Source of the DNA: Eledone cirrhosa | Lineage: Eukaryota | Reading direction: 5' to 3' | DNA: 64,000 nt | Assembly (NCBI GenBank): GCA_964016885.1 | Contig: OZ024742.1 | Coordinates: 67,332,001-67,396,000, forward strand | Part shown: positions 56,550-64,000 of the stretch, piece by piece | Layout of the letters: the number at the start of each line of letters is the position of its first letter | How positions within the stretch are numbered: the first letter of the stretch is position 1 | Notes under the pieces: model-generated | Told to the model about the DNA's origin: nothing | What the model saw: the letters and a program-made list of their open reading frames with translations, nothing else | Databases searched by the model: none | Made by a program: the position numbers and the translations under genes

Positions 56550-56918
56550 AGTCTCGTCTTCTTTATATTGAACTAAGATAGATGGATAGATAGATAGACA
56601 TATAGATAGATAGATAGATAAGACAAACAGAGAGATACATTATCACAATTCCTTATTGGTTTCACGCTTCATAGAGTTGCATAATATGAATGTTTCAATG
56701 TATCGAATGTTAGTCTACCAGAAAAGAACAAAATCCGAAGAAAGTCGAAATTTGAGATTTGGTAAAAAAAAAAGTGGATAAGAGTAGGGCGGTGAGGTAA
56801 AGTTTGCGGGGCTGAATGCCAGAGTGGAGAGTCCACGTTTATCATTTCATGAGTGTGCGAGACGTGTGAGGTATTTTCCTTTGTGTTTGATTTGTGCATC
56901 GTCGATGAAAGCATGTGT

Positions 56919-57024
<106 letters not shown>

Positions 57025-57917
57025 GGGTGTATGAGCGCGGGTCTGTGTTTTTGTGGGTGTTTATGTATGAGGGTGCGTATGTATAAACGTACGTGTGTGT
57101 ATCTTTACGAGAGAGAGTGTTTATGAGCGTTATCATCGTGTGCCTGTTTGGGTGAGTTTATGTGGTTATAGATGTATATATGTGAGTGTTTCTTTACGCT
57201 TCTATGATTATATATATATGTGTGTGTGTTTATATACCAGAAGAAAAGTTAGATATATCCAGAGTCTGTATTCAAATGTTTCAGTAATTGGATTTCAGAA
57301 ATAGAGTTTGGAATGTGTTGGAATCGGCATGGGTTCGGAAAATTATATGTTAGCTAACGAGAATGAGTGGGTGATAGAGAAGATGTGTTTATCTCATTAA
57401 GGAAGAAAGCCAGGATGTGTCAAACAAGGTTAAGTTGACAAAATTGAAAAGAAATGACAGAAGTTAAATAATTTACGGGTCAATATAAGGTTATGTGTTT
57501 TGATTATATTTGTGACGGAATGGTGGCAGTGTGTGCGCATAGGCGTATTGTCTGCCTATGTATGTGTATTTGTGTATGTGTCTGTGTCTAAGTTAATATG
57601 TATTGCTAAAGTGTGTTAGTCCATAGGTTGGTGAGCTTCGTAGGTTTGTATGAGAGTTTTGGAACAACACTCAAGAAAAATTAGTACAGGAGTCGATATG
57701 ACCGATTAAATCAAGATGTTGTCCCAGCCTGACAGCAAATGAATATCTATCGGATGAAAGATCTCCACTTGCTGGTATTTAATTGATAAGATCTATCAAT
57801 TTCACTAATGTTTTATATATATTTATATATATATATATTGGTCTATATTTTTGAGATGAGGAATTATTTACATTATATATATTGGACGGATAGGTGTCCT
57901 CATCTTGTGTTGTTGTT

Positions 57918-57963
57918 AACACAACGTTTCGGCTGATGTACTCACCAGCCTTCATCAGGGGTC
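57918..57963 (-). ncRNA. Minimal type I hammerhead motif
   Basis: GACCC-CTGATGA-A-GGCTGG TGAGTACA TCAGCC-GAA-ACGT-T-GTGTT. Confidence 0.6.
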
Positions 57964-58066
57964 CTAGTGATGTTATTATTAACGTTTGTTCAGGTCACTG
58001 CCTAGAATTGTACTACCTAGAATGCTAAGCAGTGACCTGAACAAACGTTAATAATAACATCACTAG

Positions 58067-58112
58067 GACACCTGATGAAGGCTGGAGAGTACGTCAACCG
58101 AAACGTTGTGTT
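58067..58112 (+). ncRNA. Minimal type I hammerhead motif
   Basis: GACAC-CTGATGA-A-GGCTGG AGAGTACG TCAACC-GAA-ACGT-T-GTGTT; stem I GACAC/GTGTT. Confidence 0.65.
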
Positions 58113-58156
58113 AACAACAAAACAAGATGAGGACACCTATCCTTCCAATATATATA

Positions 58157-58194
<38 letters not shown>

Positions 58195-58196
<2 letters not shown>

Positions 58197-58319
58197 CAAA
58201 ATGACAAACAAACAAGCAAACGCTTGGTGAAAAAGGGGCTCCTTGTGACGTTTCTGACATAAGTCCTTCCTCAAGAATGTAGGGGGAACTGCGAGAGGAA
58301 GTGAGGAGGGCTGTAGCAG

Positions 58320-58350
<31 letters not shown>

Positions 58351-58745
58351 CGTGCGTGTGTGTGAGGATTGTCATGTCAATATTACTCACAAAATCATAC
58401 ACAATTACTTGCTCTTTTCTGCTCCTTCTCTTCTTTATAGGATTATCATGTTTACTTTGTGTGCTGTCGTCTATAAGTCATTGTGTTTGGCATTTGTATG
58501 TGTGACTGTGTGATTCTGAATTGTATGCGTGTATAGCGGGTTCTATCTCTACATCTGTGTTTGTGTTCCCCTATGTGTTTTCTCTCTGTGTCCCATTCTG
58601 TCCTCGGTCGTTATTTTAGGGGATGGGGGAGTTACTATTCTATAAGTGTTTCCTGTTGAAACTTGGACTAGGCTCTATTATTAGTTTAGCGTATTCAATC
58701 TGCCTTAGTGTTATGTCGGTTCTATGTGTGGATAAAATCTGCTTT
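58195..58745 (-). mobile_element. Penelope 3' end relic related to 39790-41308
   Basis: Manual translation ILSTHRTDITLRQIEY...PSFNRK resembles IESTHKKDAMFRQITEA...PKLNRK. Degenerate HHR TTGAGGA-AG GAC TTAT GTC A-GAAACGTC at ~58241-58275. Confidence 0.55.
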
Positions 58746-59363
58746 TCTCATGTTTGCCAAAAGAATTTGTCAATGACCGCTATGAGGAATTGAACACCAT
58801 ATCTTCCAAATGAAGGGAAGAAGTTTGTTATTGGCTCCTTAGCTTAAAGGTAAATGCCTCTATCCGGTACCTGGGGCTCAATTTGTCATTGCTATCGTTC
58901 GTAAATTCTTTTTCCGTATTTTAAGAGTCTTCACCATATTTTAAAAGATGTATTAATAGCATTTCTGCGCATATTGTGTTGTCTTTTACACAATGAAATA
59001 TATATATAAAAGAAATAGGATTTCGCTTCCTGCATAGCTTTATACAATATGTATAAATATTTCGTTTCTCCAAAGAAAGACGGTTTTAGGAAGCAGTGGC
59101 TATGCAAACGCCAGGGGGGGGGGGTCTAACGCCCTCTGGTGATGTCCAGCAGAAGCAAGGGGGACAACCGTCTATGCATTTCAGGCTTAACTGGCTATCG
59201 TCAGAACAGGCCCTCCCACCAGAAATAGCCGTCGAAACGGCTTGAGCTCTGCCGTCGGGGTTAAACATTTTCCTATAACCCACTCTACTACCCTAAGTAT
59301 TGAGTCCTCTGGTGCGTTATGGTCCATCTGGTTTCTTACCACACTCCCTTCGTTATATGTATG

Positions 59364-59404
<41 letters not shown>

Positions 59405-59406
<2 letters not shown>

Positions 59407-60943
59407 GGTAGAACACTGGAACCTAAAATCCGTAGTGGTTGAGCACTCAGTCCATGGGACGAATTAGGTAGAAGTGGTTACACAACAGTTTGACAGTGGT
59501 GATGTATGCGACTTGGTTGGCCTATTTATTTTAGACGTATTACGTGTTAGATTCCCGGACTTCCACACGGGAATATACCGAGACGATGGACTAACCTTAT
59601 CGAGCCATAAAATTGGTCACAACCTCGACCGGTATAAAAAAAAAATTAGCTTCTACCTTCAATGGGTTAGGACTTAGGATAAAAGTAGCTACCAACCGCT
59701 CTAGCGTAGATTTCTTAGACATTAATTTAGACCTTCTCACACACACCTACAGAACCTTCGATAAGCTTAACGAAAAACTCAATTACATTCACAAGGACTC
59801 ATGCCACCCTCCCACTATTTTTTAGAAACTTCGTAAATAATATCAGTACTAGAATCTCAAACCTCTCCTCTAATAAGGCTATTTTTGACAGCGCGACACC
59901 CTACTATAACACGGCGTTAGCAAACAGCGGCTTCTCGCAACCTATCACTTAGTCTCCCACTAACAACAACAGCAATAAGAAAAGAAAGCGTAACAATAGA
60001 CACACTACCTGGATCTCGCCCCCCTTCTCACTCAACGTTAAAACCAATGTAGGCAAACAATTTCTACCCCTCTTAGATAGACGCTTTCCCATAGGTCATA
60101 AATACCGCTCCATCTTTAACCGACACTAAGTTAAACTAGGATACTCCTGTGCTAAGAACACGAAGGCCCACATCATCAACAGCCCAAAGAGCAACACCTC
60201 GCCAGGATGGTCTTGCCGTAAGCCCGAAGCTTGTCCCCTTCAACAGCAATGCAACACACGCGCTGTAGTTTATGAAGCTGTTGTCACTTCCAACCGACCA
60301 AATCAACCACAGGGTGTCAAATCCTATGTTGGTATTGTGGAGGGCCAATTTAAGGAACGCTTCCTGAACCACCAGTTGATCTTTAGGTACCCGGACAGAC
60401 GTTCAATCACGAAACGCGTGACCCACGTATGGTCCCTCAAGGACTCAAGTATAGACTAACTCCATTCAATGGAAAGCCATCACTAAGTCCAATGGGCAAT
60501 CCGTCATGTAGACTATGTATTGATGAACGAATAAATATTCTAAAGAGATTACGCAATAGTGATTTCTTAAACACGAGGAATGAATTCTTCACACGTTGTC
60601 CACACGTCTGGAAACACCTCTTACACAACTACAAAGTACCGGATTTAATTACAACAACATCTTAATTTTCTTATCAACTTTCGGACCTTCGCAGTTTTCT
60701 CCCTTACAACTCTCACACGCAATTTAGTATTGCCTGTGTGATCTGATCGTTTCTGCGCATGCGCGTTCGTACGGTTGTCATTTCTGTTCCGTATAACCAT
60801 GTCCATTACGAGCTGAGGACATGCTAAGGTGAAATAATTGTTCTCGGTATGGTGAACTAACTGTTGTGTAACCACTTCTACCTAACCCGCCCCATGGACT
60901 GAGTGCTCTACCACTACGGATATTATCTTCCAGTCTTCTACCA
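59405..60943 (+). mobile_element. Penelope-like element family A, 5'-truncated, with inverted 86-bp tail copy at its 5' junction
   Basis: FDSGDVCDLVG, IYRDD, VDFLDI, SCHPP, CRLCIDE...LNTRNE..CPH. 59405-59490 is the reverse complement of ~60858-60943. Confidence 0.9.
60809..60846 (+). ncRNA. Minimal type I hammerhead motif in family A pLTR
   Basis: CGAG-CTGAGGA-CATGCTAAGGT-GAA-ATAATTGT-T-CTCG. Stem II is degraded in this copy. Confidence 0.55.
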
Positions 60944-60944
60944 C

Positions 60945-61060
<116 letters not shown>

Positions 61061-61120
61061 TGTGTATACAGTGATATTAAATAAATGGAAACTATATGTA
61101 TGTATATATATATATATATA

Positions 61121-61300
61121 TAATTGTTTCTACTTTAGGCACAAGGCCAGCAATTACCCAGTGCATAATATATATGTAGTAAGAACACGGTAAACCGTGT
61201 GTCTAATATTACAAGGGTTGTAATATTAGACACACGGTTTAGTGTGTCCAGTAATGCACTGGATAATTGCTGGCCTTGTGCCTAAAGTAGAAACAATTAT
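61121..61300. repeat. Fold-back structure: inverted SINE tails around a perfect 24-bp hairpin
   Basis: SINE 3' tail on minus at 61121-61166 and on plus at ~61250-61300. The hairpin at 61191-61241 has a GGG loop. Confidence 0.9.
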
Positions 61301-61579
61301 TATAATGCTCAGTATTTTATACTTGGAGCTTAATGATTACAGGGTTTCAATAAGAGTTATTAACTCTAATTTTCATTTATATATATATATATGCATATAT
61401 ATATGTATGTACGTATACATACTTACATTTAAGTATCAGCCGTACTAAGAGTGAAAAATGAAATTTCAAATATATATGGGAAAGAATGAAATGAAATTTC
61501 ATTTCTCACTCTTAGTACGGCTGCTACTTCAATGTAAGTATGTATACGTACATACATATATGTGTACAGACGTACAGTA

Positions 61580-61733
<154 letters not shown>

Positions 61734-62664
61734 GTGTGTATGTGGATACATATATGTAGGCATATGTTTGTATGGTTGAGTGTATGTGTGGATATGTTTA
61801 CTTTTGCATAAATATGTGTACATATATGTATTCGCTGTTATATATGTGTGTGAATATATAAATATGTACCTATCTGAATATATACAACATAAGTGCAGAA
61901 GATATATAATTCCAAACAATGCTAAAACGGTCAACAACATTTTAGATAAACTTGATCTTAAATGTTCTTTCTTTCTTTCTATAAGCCTGTGTGTGTGCCT
62001 ATATATCTATTAATGTAAGCCCGTAAATCGGCAATATAAGCCAGAAAATCTTTTATGTTCCAGTATGGAAAATTGCAAACGATCACCATGTGAAACTTAA
62101 AGCCGAAACCGGTCGACTAGTTCAAATATCTTCAGTTACTACGTGTATACATCTAAAAGGGGTACATACAATAATTAACTCTTTACTAATGTTTATAAGT
62201 ATATTATTGTTATTTTCTAATTATTTTATTTTATTATGTTTCTTTCATACGATTTTCTTCCCGTTGGTTTTTGTCCCATAATATTTCTGCTCCTATTTCT
62301 TTGTTTTCAATTTATTAATTCTTATATATATATTGAAAATATAATAATAGTTCATTGTTTCTGGTGAAAAGAACGTGATGGATCAGGGTTTCAAGACTGG
62401 ATATAGGTAGCATAATAACCATCACCTGCTAGTCAATAGATCGATCTACCATAATCAATTCCACCCTCTAAAATGATCATAACACAACGAATTAATGAAG
62501 AACCTATCAACGACTTTTGATTTATTTTCACTGTTCAATATTCTACCCCCTCTCTCACACATACAAAAACACACAGACAATCATATATATAATATGGTTC
62601 AATAAGCGCGCGCGCGCGCACACACACACTCACACATTATATATATATATATATATATATATAC

Positions 62665-62897
62665 AATCAGTCAACAGGTAATGAGTGTTTAATTATTGTT
62701 TGGATGTTTTAAGTACAATTGTATTCTAAACGCTCTCTACAGTATATAAATATTTAAATATCCATCCATCTATATATACATCCCTCTCTCTCTTTCTCTC
62801 TCTCTCTCTATATATATATATATCGTTCTTTCTATCTCTCTCTCTCTGTATATATATATATATATATATATATACAGAGAGAGAGAGAGATAGAAAG

Positions 62898-62992
<95 letters not shown>

Positions 62993-63101
62993 TATATAGA
63001 TGGATGGATATTTAAATATTTATATACTATAGAGAGCGTTTAGAATAAAATTGTACTTAAAACATCCAAATAATTAAACACTCATTACCTGTTGACTGAT
63101 T
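62665..63101. repeat. ~440-bp palindrome centred on (TA)n with (TC)n/(GA)n arms
   Basis: 62665-~62790 is the reverse complement of ~62980-63101. There is an inner perfect palindrome at ~62823-62902. Confidence 0.9.
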
Positions 63102-63279
63102 ACAAATATATATCGGTAGAGAAAATGGGCATGATGTTGAAGTTTGTCATCGCCGAGGGTTTGTAAGTTCAGATAATGGGTGTGGTTTTCATGCTTATTA
63201 GTTGAAGTATGGCGGTGATGTTTATACTGAAATAAAGGATTAATGTTAGTTTGTTTAATGAAAAAATTATATATAATTA

Positions 63280-63473
63280 CATAACTGTTTCTACTTTTGG
63301 CACAAAACCAGCAATTATCCCAGTACATTACTGGTACTTTATTTTATCGACCCCGTAAGGATGAAAGGCAAAGTAAACCTCGGCGGGAATTGAACTTAGA
63401 ATGGCAAGGGCCGTAACTCTATGCGCCAAAGCATGGTGTCTGACCCTCTACCGATACTGCCAATTCACCGCCC
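63280..63473 (-). mobile_element. tRNA-derived SINE
   Basis: Full-length reverse complement copy. Confidence 0.9.
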
Positions 63474-63474
63474 T

Positions 63475-63564
63475 AGGGATAGTGAATTAAGTCAGGTAAA
63501 CAAATTGTATATATATTATATATAATTACATAACAGTACCAATATGTACATGCGTTTGTTTATA

Positions 63565-63628
<64 letters not shown>

Positions 63629-63909
63629 CGTGTGTGTGTGCGTGTGCATGTGTACATTTTAACCTCTGTAGTTCCAAGTACTTTGTGACAAATTATTTCG
63701 ATACTTTAACAGTCAAACATTAGAAATTTACTATAAAAAACAACACCTCCTCAAAACAAGACACAACCCAACATATAAACACATTAACACAACATGTTGA
63801 ATCTGATGTCAAAAATATACACCAAGGTCCCTCCCAATGCTTCACTAATGTCTGGATGCACCAAAAATCAGGAATACAATTTGTTTACCTGACTTAATTC
63901 ACTATCCCT
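63475..63909. repeat. 36-bp perfect inverted repeats (63475-63510 / 63874-63909)
   Basis: AGGGATAGTGAATTAAGTCAGGTAAACAAATTGTAT and its reverse complement. Confidence 0.85.
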
Positions 63910-64000
63910 TTAAATATTTCTTGTACAAAGTGAGATACCCACAAAATCCCACACATTATCAGCTTTCTATTCATACATTTACATTATTTTTTCTGACACT

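Larger units (their letters stand above)
57870..58160. repeat. 291-bp palindrome (136-bp arms) with a hammerhead motif in each arm
   Basis: 57870-58005 is the near-perfect reverse complement of 58025-58160. Confidence 0.95.

Noticed and set aside
62100-62122. GCCGAAACCGGTCGACTAG, the 3' half of a hammerhead
   Set aside because: No upstream CUGANGA core or stem partner. Similar half-motifs at ~44430, ~46565, ~47630 and ~49205 were also not counted.

Overview
This is AT-rich animal genomic DNA, dense in microsatellites. A mollusc or cephalopod origin is plausible from the SINE type and repeat landscape but cannot be proven here. I found no supportable host protein-coding exon, and most short ORFs are translations of (TA)n/(CA)n/(TAA)n tracts. 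The window is almost entirely mobile DNA, in five groups. (1) An ~18 kb cluster (5.9-24.2 kb) holds five head-to-tail R4/Dong-clade non-LTR retrotransposons (RT plus restriction-like endonuclease) and one oppositely oriented Tx1/L1 element, all bounded by (TAA)n tracts. (2) Several families of Penelope-like elements (RT plus GIY-YIG) carry inverted pLTR copies. (3) There are tRNA-derived SINEs. (4) There are Helitron, RTE and probable Chapaev3 relics. (5) Not visible in the ORF track, about ten minimal type I hammerhead ribozyme (HHR) motifs occur in several unrelated repeat families. These include a non-coding ~440-nt circularly permuted retrozyme-like unit, a family with a conserved CCGAAGA (U4C) core variant, and a palindrome with a ribozyme on each strand. 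Ribozyme calls come from manual motif and base-pairing inspection and are not experimentally tested.
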